64,000 nt of DNA from Eubacteriales bacterium (GTDB lineage Bacteria; Bacillota; Clostridia; Oscillospirales; CAG-272): contig JAXDZV010000030.1 of NCBI GenBank assembly GCA_034086705.1, forward strand, positions 14,209 through 78,208. Reading direction: 5' to 3'. The notes beneath the pieces are model-generated. The model was not told the DNA's origin, did not search any database, and worked only from the letters and a program-made list of their open reading frames with translations. The translations under genes were made by a program, and so were the position numbers. Below are positions 24,801 through 33,033 of this stretch, in pieces (within the stretch, counting starts at the first letter, position 1; each line of letters opens with the position of its first letter).

Positions 24801-24859
24801 AAACGTGCATTTTTGCGTGCAAATATGAAACAAAAAGAGAAAAAGGACGGCACTCTGAC

Positions 24860-25693
24860 ATGAAAGATATTTTTTCTGCTCCCTTCGTCACGGAAATGCG
24901 GCAGATCACCGCAAATATGTACCGGCAAGGATGGGACGAGCGCAACGGCGGAAACATCAGCTATCTGCTGGATGCGGAGGATGTTGCGCAGTACCTAGAC
25001 CCGGATCGCGTTATCCGGCGTATTCCAACGGGGTTTGCGGCAAAACCGTTGATCGGTAAGATTTTTATTGTCACCGGGACGGGAAAGTATTTTAAAAACA
25101 TATACGACGACCCTGCGCGCAATTTGGGAATCGTGCGTATTGCATCAGACGGAACAACAGCGGAACTTTTATGGGGACTGAATGACGGCGGTTCCTTTAC
25201 ATCGGAGTTTCCCGCGCATATGATGAGTCACATGGCTCGTCTTTCTGTGGACCCGGAGAACCGTATCATTATGCATACACACCCAACCTACACGTTGGCA
25301 ATGACGCATGTGCATGAGTTAGACGATGCAAAATTTACACATTCTTTGTGGGAAATGTGCAGTGAATCCATCGTTGTTTTCCCGGACGGCATCGGCGTTT
25401 TGCCCTGGATGCTCTGCGGCACCAATGAAATTGGAGAAGCAACCGCTGCAAAAATGAAAGAATTTCGTCTTGTGATTTGGGGACTGCACGGCATCTACGG
25501 TGCGGGAAAAGACATGGATGAGGCATTCGGTCTTATCGAAACGGTAGAGAAAGCAGCACAGCTTTATATGTTAGCCTCTGCGATCGGCAGAAAAAATACT
25601 ATTACCGAAGACCAACTGCTCCAACTGACAGAACGTTATCATTTGACAAATTATCGCCGCGACTTTTTTATCGGTGAAAGTAAGTCGGTTTGA
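24860..25693 (+). CDS. rhaD: Rhamnulose-1-phosphate aldolase (class II aldolase)
   Basis: Close collinear similarity to E. coli RhaD as remembered (GWDERNGGN, VTGTGKYF, SEFPAHMMSH, VVFPDGIGVLPWM, GHGIYGAG-like). Confidence 0.8.
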   Translation: MKDIFSAPFVTEMRQITANMYRQGWDERNGGNISYLLDAEDVAQYLDPDRVIRRIPTGFAAKPLIGKIFIVTGTGKYFKNIYDDPARNLGIVRIASDGTTAELLWGLNDGGSFTSEFPAHMMSHMARLSVDPENRIIMHTHPTYTLAMTHVHELDDAKFTHSLWEMCSESIVVFPDGIGVLPWMLCGTNEIGEATAAKMKEFRLVIWGLHGIYGAGKDMDEAFGLIETVEKAAQLYMLASAIGRKNTITEDQLLQLTERYHLTNYRRDFFIGESKSV

Positions 25694-25696
25694 CCC

Positions 25697-25733
25697 GGGT
25701 TCCGCCTTTGTGCGGAACCCTTATTCCTTTTTT
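25697..25733 (+). terminator. Rho-independent terminator after rhaD
   Basis: gggttccgc-ctttgt-gcggaaccc followed by ttattcctttttt. Confidence 0.7.
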
Positions 25734-25840
25734 GGTAAGGCACAAACGCACCTCCCGTGCTACAGCGGCATATACTGCCACTGCCAGTGTGTAAAGCGCA
25801 GCCGCATTACACGCCGAGCGGAAAGGAGCGGTGAATCGAT

Positions 25841-26527
25841 TTGTTTGTTGTAAAACCATACGACCGGCTTCATGCGCAGGAATATGCACAACGTTTTGCT
25901 CTGCGCAGAAACGCCCTTTTTCCCGATTACGAAGCAATCGGGGGCGACTGCACCAACTTTGTCTCTCAGTGTATCTATGCCGGAAGCTGTGAAATGAATT
26001 TTACTCCGACCTTTGGCTGGTACTACATCTCACCAAGCGAGCGTGCACCCGCCTGGACAGGTGTGCAATATCTTTATAATTTTCTCACGCAAAATGGCGC
26101 ACAAGGGCCATTTGGAAAAGAAGTGCGCGCGGTAGAAGCTGAATTGGGAGACATTATCCAACTCGGTAACCGAACCGTCGGATTCTACCATTCCCTGATT
26201 ATCACGGGATTTGAGCATGGAACTTTCTTAGTCTGTGCACACTCAGACGATGCACTCAACCGTCCCTTAAACAGCTATGAATACCAACGCATTCGCTTTA
26301 TCCACATAGAAGGCGTTCGTTTTGAAATGCCTTCCGTCGACAGCTGCTTTTTAGACTTGATGAACGAACAAGGGAATATGGCAGAAGAACCACAGCAAAC
26401 ACCCATGCCGCCGCAAGAGCTGCAACCGGAAACGGAGGAAGAAGCGCCAATTCTCCCCCCTGCATATGCACTACAATTGGAGCCGGAGATGGAATATGAG
26501 GAAGCACTGGAAGACAACGACTCTTGA
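25841..26527 (+). CDS. Putative amidase-domain protein (Amidase_6-like) with acidic/Pro-rich C-terminal tail
   Basis: The GGDCTNFVSQCIYAGS ... GWYY ... W.GVQYLYNFL ... GDIIQL ... HSLIIT pattern is present. TTG start after the RBS aaaggag. Confidence 0.65.
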   Translation: MFVVKPYDRLHAQEYAQRFALRRNALFPDYEAIGGDCTNFVSQCIYAGSCEMNFTPTFGWYYISPSERAPAWTGVQYLYNFLTQNGAQGPFGKEVRAVEAELGDIIQLGNRTVGFYHSLIITGFEHGTFLVCAHSDDALNRPLNSYEYQRIRFIHIEGVRFEMPSVDSCFLDLMNEQGNMAEEPQQTPMPPQELQPETEEEAPILPPAYALQLEPEMEYEEALEDNDS

Positions 26528-26552
26528 CAAATTTCGCAAATCCCTGTATAAT
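26524..26552 (+). promoter_or_regulatory. Sigma-A-type promoter overlapping the amidase stop codon
   Basis: TTGACA, 17-nt spacer, TATAAT, with TG immediately upstream. Confidence 0.45.
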
Positions 26553-26569
26553 ACGCATGCTGCGCATAA

Positions 26570-26640
26570 GGCATCGAGGGCGTCCCGTTCTGCCGATTGA
26601 TGAACACGGCACAGACAGGCCGCCGATGCCTCCGTTTTTT
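26570..26640 (+). terminator. Long imperfect hairpin plus T6 run (amidase terminator and/or attenuator in the DUF3048 leader)
   Basis: GGCATCG (26570-26576) pairs with CGATGCC (26624-26630). Inner pairing TGCCG/CGGCA is present, followed by tccgTTTTTT. Confidence 0.5.
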
Positions 26641-26694
26641 GAAAACGCACATGCAGGCACAAAAAAGAAAGCGATCCAGAAAGGAGATTTTCTG

Positions 26695-27819
26695 ATGCAT
26701 TTTTCGCTGTCACTACGCGCTGCCCGTAGGCTTTCTCTTGCAGCACTCTATATGCTGACTGTCCTAGCTATGTTGCTTAGCGCGGTTGGCTGTTCCAAAG
26801 TTGAAAACCCCATCCACGAAAACAACACATCAGATGCTACAGAACCGGTGGAAACCGAGTCAAGTAACGTGCCACAGGATAATACCCCCGGCTTTTACAA
26901 TATTTTAAACGGGGAAAGCTGTTCGCAAGAACAAGCACAAATTCGCCCGTTAGCGATTATGGTCAACAATATCAAAGCCTCCCTGCCGCAAGTTGGTTTG
27001 GAAAAAGCAGATATCATTTATGAATGTGAGGCTGAAGGCACAATTACCCGCCTTTTGGCTCTTTTTTCTCACTATGCAGACATCACCGAACCCATCGGCT
27101 CCATCCGTTCCTCTCGCGAATATTTTATTGACTTTGCTGCCAACCACGACGCCATTTATATTCATGCAGGCGGCAGCACAGAGGCATACAGTCAACTTGC
27201 TTCTAGAAATATCGACCACATCGACGGGCTTACCAGCAATGCATTTTACAGAGACCAGAATCGCCGTGCAATGGGTATGGCTATTGAACATACACTCGTT
27301 TCCACGGGTGACCGTCTCGCAAGAGCCATTCAGGATAAAGGTTTCCGCACGGAACTCGATACAGCGTATACAGCACCTTTTCTCTTTTCCCATACAGAAA
27401 AGGTTGTTCCCACAGAAGGTGTTGCACAGGAGATTTCCACAAAGTATTCCTCTTTCCAATACTCTGCGTTCCAGTATGACCAAGCAAGCCAAAAGTATCT
27501 GCGAACGGAATTTGGTACTCCACACATCGATGCGAACACCGGCAACCAGCTTTCCTTTGACAATGTAATCGTTCTGTTTTGTAAATATACATACACAGGC
27601 GATGCAAAGAATCACATCATGGTTGAAACTGTCGGTAGCGGTGAAGGCTATTACTGTACCGGTGGAAAATATCAGAAAATCAAATGGGCCAAAGCTGGGC
27701 AAGATACACCGATGGTTCTTAATGACAGCCATGGAAACCAGCTGATTGTTAACCCCGGAAAGACTTTTATCACCGTTATGGATACGGCAGATGCCACAAG
27801 TGGCTTTTCCATTCAATAA
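26695..27819 (+). CDS. DUF3048-family lipoprotein
   Basis: Signal peptide with a lipobox (LLSAVGC). The DUF3048 core is RPLAIMVNN...LPQVGLEKADIIYECEAEGTITRLLALF...IGSIRSSREYF. An RBS (aaggag) lies 8 nt upstream. Confidence 0.8.
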   Translation: MHFSLSLRAARRLSLAALYMLTVLAMLLSAVGCSKVENPIHENNTSDATEPVETESSNVPQDNTPGFYNILNGESCSQEQAQIRPLAIMVNNIKASLPQVGLEKADIIYECEAEGTITRLLALFSHYADITEPIGSIRSSREYFIDFAANHDAIYIHAGGSTEAYSQLASRNIDHIDGLTSNAFYRDQNRRAMGMAIEHTLVSTGDRLARAIQDKGFRTELDTAYTAPFLFSHTEKVVPTEGVAQEISTKYSSFQYSAFQYDQASQKYLRTEFGTPHIDANTGNQLSFDNVIVLFCKYTYTGDAKNHIMVETVGSGEGYYCTGGKYQKIKWAKAGQDTPMVLNDSHGNQLIVNPGKTFITVMDTADATSGFSIQ

Positions 27820-27844
27820 CTTAACCGGACTTGACCATATTTTG

Positions 27845-27880
27845 CAAGCCGTCCTTTGGTAAGGGGCGGCTTGTATTTTG
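27845..27880. terminator. Hairpin between convergent genes
   Basis: caagccgtcc ... ggggcggcttg forms a 10-bp stem with one G-U pair, followed by tattttg. Confidence 0.5.
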
Positions 27881-27912
27881 TTCACAGTGAATGAGAGCGT
27901 TTGGGCAAAGAA

Positions 27913-28875
27913 TTATGTTGCTTTAAAAAAACCGACAATTCGTCCTCCTGCAGATACAACCGTATAAACCGTTTGCTCCTGCGTCGTAAAAGCATGATAA
28001 AACAATCCATCCTCATACGCGCTTGCAACAAAACCGGCGTCGGCACAATATTGCTCTGCAAATGTACATGCAATTGCCTGTGCCTGTGAAGCGGTAACCA
28101 GAGTGGTTTCTTGCGGAAAGTATGCTTGCAAAAACAGAAGCTCTGCCGTACTTTTTGCAACTGCAACAGAATAATTCTTGCAGAAAAAGCAGTATGCCTG
28201 TTCCGGCATATAGATATGCCCTTGTCTGGACAGATACGCAGCAGCACGTCCGATCACAGCGCCTGCAGCCTGTCGTGCTTGTCCTTGCGAAATATTGGAA
28301 TCTGCCATTGTACGAATGGAAATCGGTTGTGTCTGTTCATACATCTGCAACTGCTCGCACAAAGACCGTATGCTTTCCGCTGCTGCAGCGCGATAAGAGG
28401 CCGCAGAAGCCCCTACAGGCATCTGTTGTAAATACCGCAAAGACAACGCCTCCATTTCCAAGGCAATTTTCTCTGCGACTTGTGCCGCACTACATATTTT
28501 TTCCGTATTGGGAAGGCTTCTACCTGTCAGCAACGCTGTACAGATTTCTCTGTCCGTTTCTTCAAAAAAATATTGTAGTGACTTTGCCTGTTCTGCACCA
28601 TCAAGCGGTAACATGTTGCCAGCGCTTCGGCAACGCTGAATATTGTCACGCAGCGAGAAAACGGTTTGAGCAGGCACATTTGCCGTTTGAGCGATTGTAT
28701 AAAGGTCCTGCGCTACTGCCGCAGCCCCCTGTCGTAATGCAACAGCTGCACACAAATAGTTTTGCCTGCGCGTTTGATCCAATGTGCGCACAGCGCTTCG
28801 CCAAAGAAAAAAAAGCGTTCCCAAAACGATGATCGCCGCACAAAAAAAGGTTATCCATCTTACCTTTCTGCGCAT
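27913..28875 (-). CDS. Membrane-anchored hypothetical protein, PepSY/YpeB-like (tentative)
   Basis: An N-terminal TM (WITFFCAAIIVLGTLFFLW), a helical middle region and a C-terminal PepSY-like segment. The coding call is solid, the function weak. Confidence 0.45.
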   Translation of the reverse strand: MRRKVRWITFFCAAIIVLGTLFFLWRSAVRTLDQTRRQNYLCAAVALRQGAAAVAQDLYTIAQTANVPAQTVFSLRDNIQRCRSAGNMLPLDGAEQAKSLQYFFEETDREICTALLTGRSLPNTEKICSAAQVAEKIALEMEALSLRYLQQMPVGASAASYRAAAAESIRSLCEQLQMYEQTQPISIRTMADSNISQGQARQAAGAVIGRAAAYLSRQGHIYMPEQAYCFFCKNYSVAVAKSTAELLFLQAYFPQETTLVTASQAQAIACTFAEQYCADAGFVASAYEDGLFYHAFTTQEQTVYTVVSAGGRIVGFFKAT

Positions 28876-28954
28876 TTTTTCACCTCCCGTTGCCAGCAAT
28901 AGTGTATGCAGAAAATACCGTTCTACAACCGGAAAAAGATGTCTTGTATTCCAT

Positions 28955-28983
28955 TTGACAAGACGCTTACTTTTCTGTATAAT
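28955..28983 (+). promoter_or_regulatory. Sigma-A-type promoter of the TPR gene
   Basis: TTGACA, 17-nt spacer, TATAAT, with TG immediately upstream. Confidence 0.5.
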
Positions 28984-29004
28984 GAAAAATGACGGAGGAA
29001 AATT

Positions 29005-29772
29005 ATGGACCGTTTAGACATGCCGCAAGTATTGCGTCGCCTAGATGCTTTCTTTGCTGAAGATGATATGCAAAGTGCCGGAGAACTGCTCCGCGAGCAG
29101 CTTGCAAATGCACGCGCTGTTTCGGATCAGGCAGCTATGCTTTCCCTGCGTTCCGAGCAAGTTGGTTATTATCGAAAAACGCAAGAGGAAGCACTTGCTA
29201 TGGAAGCAATTGACGAAGCACTGGCCCTATGTGAGCAGCTCTCCCTCTCTAAAACCATTACGGGTGCAACCGTCTTGCTTAATTGTGCAACAACATATAA
29301 AGCTTTTCAGCGGCTTTCCCAAGCGCTACCGCTCTATGCGCGCGCATCTGTATTGTATGAAAGGCTTTTGCCATTTTTGGATTACCGGCAGGCAGGCCTG
29401 TGCAACAATTATGCATTGGCGTTGTGCGATGCAGGCGAATACACACAGGCTCTTGCGCTCTACCAAAAGGCATTACGAATATTACAAGCACTTGGAAATA
29501 ATGCGTGTGATATTGCTGTGACATATGTGAACATAGCACATCTATACGATGCCGCAGGTATGCCGCAGAAAATTCCGCAGTCACTGCAAGAGGCTTATGC
29601 AGCATTGGAGGCGCAACCTATAGCTGCAAGAGACGGATACTATGCTTTTTGCTGCTCAAAATGTGCGCCCTCCTTTCAACAATTCGGCTTTTTGCAACAG
29701 GGAAATATACTGGCACGTCGTGCGCAAACCATTTACCAATCCAAGAAAAGCGAAAACAGCCTAAAAATATAG
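29005..29772 (+). CDS. Tetratricopeptide-repeat protein
   Basis: Repeated about 34-aa A/L/Y-rich helical units (e.g. NNYALALCDAGEYTQALALYQKAL). An RBS (ggagga) is present. Confidence 0.7.
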   Translation: MDRLDMPQVLRRLDAFFAEDDMQSAGELLREQLANARAVSDQAAMLSLRSEQVGYYRKTQEEALAMEAIDEALALCEQLSLSKTITGATVLLNCATTYKAFQRLSQALPLYARASVLYERLLPFLDYRQAGLCNNYALALCDAGEYTQALALYQKALRILQALGNNACDIAVTYVNIAHLYDAAGMPQKIPQSLQEAYAALEAQPIAARDGYYAFCCSKCAPSFQQFGFLQQGNILARRAQTIYQSKKSENSLKI

Positions 29773-29804
29773 CCAATAACCGCTACCGAAAGGAAGGGAT
29801 TGCA

Positions 29805-30734
29805 ATGGAGGAAATGCAGGGGCTCGCATTGTGTGAACAATATTTTCGTGCATACGGAGAACCTATGCTGCATCGCTGCTTTGCGCAATATGAAAACCGT
29901 ATTGCTGCCGGTTTGGTGGGGGAAGGTTCCGAATGTTTTGGGTTTGATGATGCGATTTCACGCGACCATGATTTCGGTCCGCGCTTTTTCCTTTTTCTCA
30001 CAAATGAAGATGATGCAACCATCGGGCTTGAACTGGCGCGGGCATACCGTGCGTTACCACAGGAATATGCAGGAATGCGTGTGGAACAGCAAAGTGCCTG
30101 GGGAACTCCGCGCGCAGGCGTGCTGACCATTGATGCCTTTTACCGTCGCTTTACAGGTTGTCCGGGCGTACCGCCCTGTCATGAGGCATGGCTAGCCATT
30201 CCTCCATATTCGCTGGCCTGCGCCGTCAACGGCGCTGTTTTTCGAGACCCGCTCGGTCGCTTCACCCAAATCAGACAAAGCCTGCTGCAGGGATATCCGG
30301 AAGATGTGCGCCGTAAAAAAATTTCGCAAAGCGCCATTGTTATGGCCCAAAGCGGACAATACAATTATTCCCGCTGCCGTGCGCACGGTGAACAAGCAGC
30401 GGCACAGCTTGCGCTCTATCGCTTTTGTGAAGCAGCAATTTCCATGCTCTATTTATTAAATCGTCGTTACATGCCCTTTTACAAATGGGCATTGCGCGGG
30501 GCTCAAAATCTTCCGATTCTGCCACAGCTGCAACCGCAAATATCCTCCTTGCTGTGTGCAGATGCACAAACCGATTGCAAGGCAACCATTGAGACTGTGT
30601 GTGCCGCCGTCATTTGCGAGTTGCAACGGCAGTCTTTGACAACAGGAGCATGGGATTATCTGGAGCCGCATGCTTTTGCAATTGCGGAAGGTATCACCGA
30701 TCAAAAGCTACGCACGATGCATATTATGCCGTGA
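29805..30734 (+). CDS. DUF4037-like protein with nucleotidyltransferase-type N-terminal motif
   Basis: GEGSECFGFDDAISRDHDFGP resembles the Pol-beta NTase GS...D.D signature. The start follows the RBS aaggaaggg; the track ORF is N-terminally over-extended. Confidence 0.65.
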   Translation: MEEMQGLALCEQYFRAYGEPMLHRCFAQYENRIAAGLVGEGSECFGFDDAISRDHDFGPRFFLFLTNEDDATIGLELARAYRALPQEYAGMRVEQQSAWGTPRAGVLTIDAFYRRFTGCPGVPPCHEAWLAIPPYSLACAVNGAVFRDPLGRFTQIRQSLLQGYPEDVRRKKISQSAIVMAQSGQYNYSRCRAHGEQAAAQLALYRFCEAAISMLYLLNRRYMPFYKWALRGAQNLPILPQLQPQISSLLCADAQTDCKATIETVCAAVICELQRQSLTTGAWDYLEPHAFAIAEGITDQKLRTMHIMP

Positions 30735-30902
30735 AACCTGAGTACCCCACTCGCAAATATAGAAAATCTGTTTTTATTTGACAGTTTTGGCATATACAAA
30801 TGTTCTCACACACCGCAAACGCATGCTTGCATCTGTTTGCTCAGGCTTGTTTTTTGCAAACAATATGGAAGATATATACCGGATCTCGTCGCAAATATGA
30901 AA

Positions 30903-30940
30903 ACCGGCCCTCAGCAAGGTTTCCCCTGCCAAGGGCCGGT
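30903..30940. other. Long hairpin in a 400-bp intergenic gap
   Basis: accggccct ... agggccggt is the outer stem, with inner gca(a)gg/cctgc pairing. An A-run upstream and a weak T-run downstream give it a possible bidirectional-terminator role. Confidence 0.4.
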
Positions 30941-31128
30941 CATTTATAAAAGATTGCCATCACGCTTTCTCCTTCCATACAAAAGAAGAAAGCTCGACGC
31001 CCGGATCCTCCCAAAACCATCTGTTGCCGGAATACCAAGAATCATGCCAGCAATATATCTATCGCTCCAATCACGGTAAAAGCGGATTATTACGCCTGCA
31101 GATGGGCTTTTTGGCTAACCTGAGAAAC

Positions 31129-32184
31129 TCAGTTAAAATACTGAATGCCGAGAAACCCCTCTTGCGATATATCCTGCTCTTTGTCTACTAAAAGGCGCAT
31201 TCGATAGGCAGCGGTTGCAATGCGTAGATTATCTGTCAACATCTTGCCACCTGTACAGTCCAGCACAAATACGCCGGCATATGCCGCCAGCGCCGGCAAA
31301 TCGATTCCGGTGGATTGACTAATCCCGCTGACAAAAGATACGGGACACATCTGCAATGTCAACGTTGCTCCTTGTAAGCTTTCTTGTAATCGTGCAATCC
31401 AAGCAGTGACCGTATCCGTTCTGCTTTCCGCGGCAACAGAAAGATTCCCCGCAGCCGTTACAGGATATGCAAAATGGCACAGACAAATCTCATCTGCTCC
31501 TGCCAAATCTAACTCTTCCACCAATGAAGAAATATATGTGCGCGCTGACAGTGAAGCAACGCTGCACCATGTACCGCTTTCGTCCCGCCAAACATCCCCC
31601 GCCACGCTTTGTAAAGCCATACTCGGATCTTGTGCAGCAGCCGCATCACAAAATGCACACACCCGCACCGTAACAAACAGGCCGGCCTGATGAAAGATCT
31701 GTATAAGCTGTGCGGGGGACAATACTACCCCCGACGCCAAGCCAAACGCTTGCGCTTGCAAAATTTCGCTGCGATACTGCATATGCCCCGCAGCGGTTTT
31801 TGCATCCATCCAAACAGCTGTATATCCCTGCTGCACCGCGGCATATGCAGCTGCAAGAACCTGTTCTTCGGTCTGACACTGTGAAAGGTCAACCCACTTC
31901 GCACGATAATTTTCTGTGATGCCAACCCCGTTCGGCCGCAGAATCACCGTGGTTTGCTGCGGTGCATCTACTTTGCTTGATTGCTCCGTTTCTTGCGTAT
32001 ATATCTGGTCATTCTGCTGCGTCTGCAGGGCCGATATTGGTTGCGAGATGACATACTTTCGCAACGCAAACAATGCCAATGTAACGGACAATGCCACAGA
32101 CAATACTGACAAAATCACCATGGCAAGCAAACTCGGATCGACTGTATGCTTTTTCTGCTTTCGGTATTTGAAATGCTTTTTCAT
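31129..32184 (-). CDS. Membrane-anchored TIM-barrel glycoside-hydrolase-like protein (DUF4015/GHL-type, tentative)
   Basis: An N-terminal TM, then motifs resembling the putative glycosyl-hydrolase domain (YTAVWMDAKT, FVTVRVCAFCD, ADEICLCHFAYP). Confidence 0.45.
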   Translation of the reverse strand: MKKHFKYRKQKKHTVDPSLLAMVILSVLSVALSVTLALFALRKYVISQPISALQTQQNDQIYTQETEQSSKVDAPQQTTVILRPNGVGITENYRAKWVDLSQCQTEEQVLAAAYAAVQQGYTAVWMDAKTAAGHMQYRSEILQAQAFGLASGVVLSPAQLIQIFHQAGLFVTVRVCAFCDAAAAQDPSMALQSVAGDVWRDESGTWCSVASLSARTYISSLVEELDLAGADEICLCHFAYPVTAAGNLSVAAESRTDTVTAWIARLQESLQGATLTLQMCPVSFVSGISQSTGIDLPALAAYAGVFVLDCTGGKMLTDNLRIATAAYRMRLLVDKEQDISQEGFLGIQYFN

Positions 32185-32254
32185 CTGTGGCCCCTTTCAA
32201 AAAGTACGGGCTGTTCGCATTACTGCGGCAGCCCGGTTTTCTGTTATACTGTTT

Positions 32255-33016
32255 TTAACCCTCAGCAACAATCGCTGCAAAATCATCTACTTTTAAAGAC
32301 GCTCCGCCGATCAATCCGCCGTCTACATCTTCCTTGGAAAGCAATTCCTTTGCATTGCCACGGTTCATAGAACCACCGTATTGTACGGTTGTGGCCTGTG
32401 CGGCAGCCGCGCCGTAAAGCTGAGCAAGCACGCCGCGAATAACACCGCAAACCTCGTCTGCCTGCTCCGCTGTCGCCGTACGGCCGGTTCCGATCGCCCA
32501 TACCGGTTCATATGCAATAATCACATTGCTAAGCGACTGTGCATCTACTCCGAGCAGTGCAATCTTTGTCTGCAGCGAAACAATCTCGGAAGTGATCCCC
32601 TGCTCCCGCTGTGTTAAAGTCTCCCCAACACATACAATCGTCTTTAATCCTGCCGTAAGCGCAGCTTTGGTCCGCTTGTTTACCGTTTCATCCGTTTCGC
32701 CAAAATATTGCCTACGTTCGGAATGCCCGACAATGACATACTCCGCGCCAGCATCGCACAACATTTGTGCGCTAATTTCGCCGGTATAAGCACCCTTTTC
32801 TTCAAAATGCACATTTTCGCCACCAATGTGAATTGCCGTGCCGCGCGCTGCTTCTACCGCAGCGGGAATGTCAATGGCGGGGACACATAAAACGACCTCG
32901 CAATCCGCTTGTTGCACTTTCGGTGCCAGTTCTCGAATAAATGCCGCCGTAGCCGTCGGCGTCATATTCATCTTCCAGTTTCCGGCGATGACAGTTTTAC
33001 GCAATGCTTTATTCAT
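32255..33016 (-). CDS. tpiA: Triose-phosphate isomerase
   Basis: IAGNWKMN, VGHSERR and AYEPVWAIGTG are present. The ATG after the RBS agaggtga is preferred over the upstream GTG. Confidence 0.95.
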   Translation of the reverse strand: MNKALRKTVIAGNWKMNMTPTATAAFIRELAPKVQQADCEVVLCVPAIDIPAAVEAARGTAIHIGGENVHFEEKGAYTGEISAQMLCDAGAEYVIVGHSERRQYFGETDETVNKRTKAALTAGLKTIVCVGETLTQREQGITSEIVSLQTKIALLGVDAQSLSNVIIAYEPVWAIGTGRTATAEQADEVCGVIRGVLAQLYGAAAAQATTVQYGGSMNRGNAKELLSKEDVDGGLIGGASLKVDDFAAIVAEG

Positions 33017-33033
33017 GGGTCTCACCTCTCTGC

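Noticed and set aside
24825-24863. 12-codon upstream ORF (MKQKEKKDGTLT) whose TGA overlaps the rhaD ATG.
   Set aside because: No RBS precedes its ATG, and it contains the rhaD RBS. It is most likely coincidental.
26553-26694. Assignment of the DUF3048 leader to a specific riboswitch class (c-di-GMP-I or -II, ZTP, fluoride, guanidine, preQ1, THF).
   Set aside because: The conserved core sequences of these classes, as I remember them, do not match. The leader is reported only as an unclassified structured leader or terminator.
30940-31080. Minus-strand mini-ORFs (MAIFYK after a ggaaggag RBS, and a 33-aa MILGIPATDGFGRI... ORF) next to the 30903-30940 hairpin, considered as a leader peptide or small gene.
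   Set aside because: They are too short, have no recognisable family and have no downstream gene to regulate on that strand before the hairpin. I cannot support them from sequence alone.
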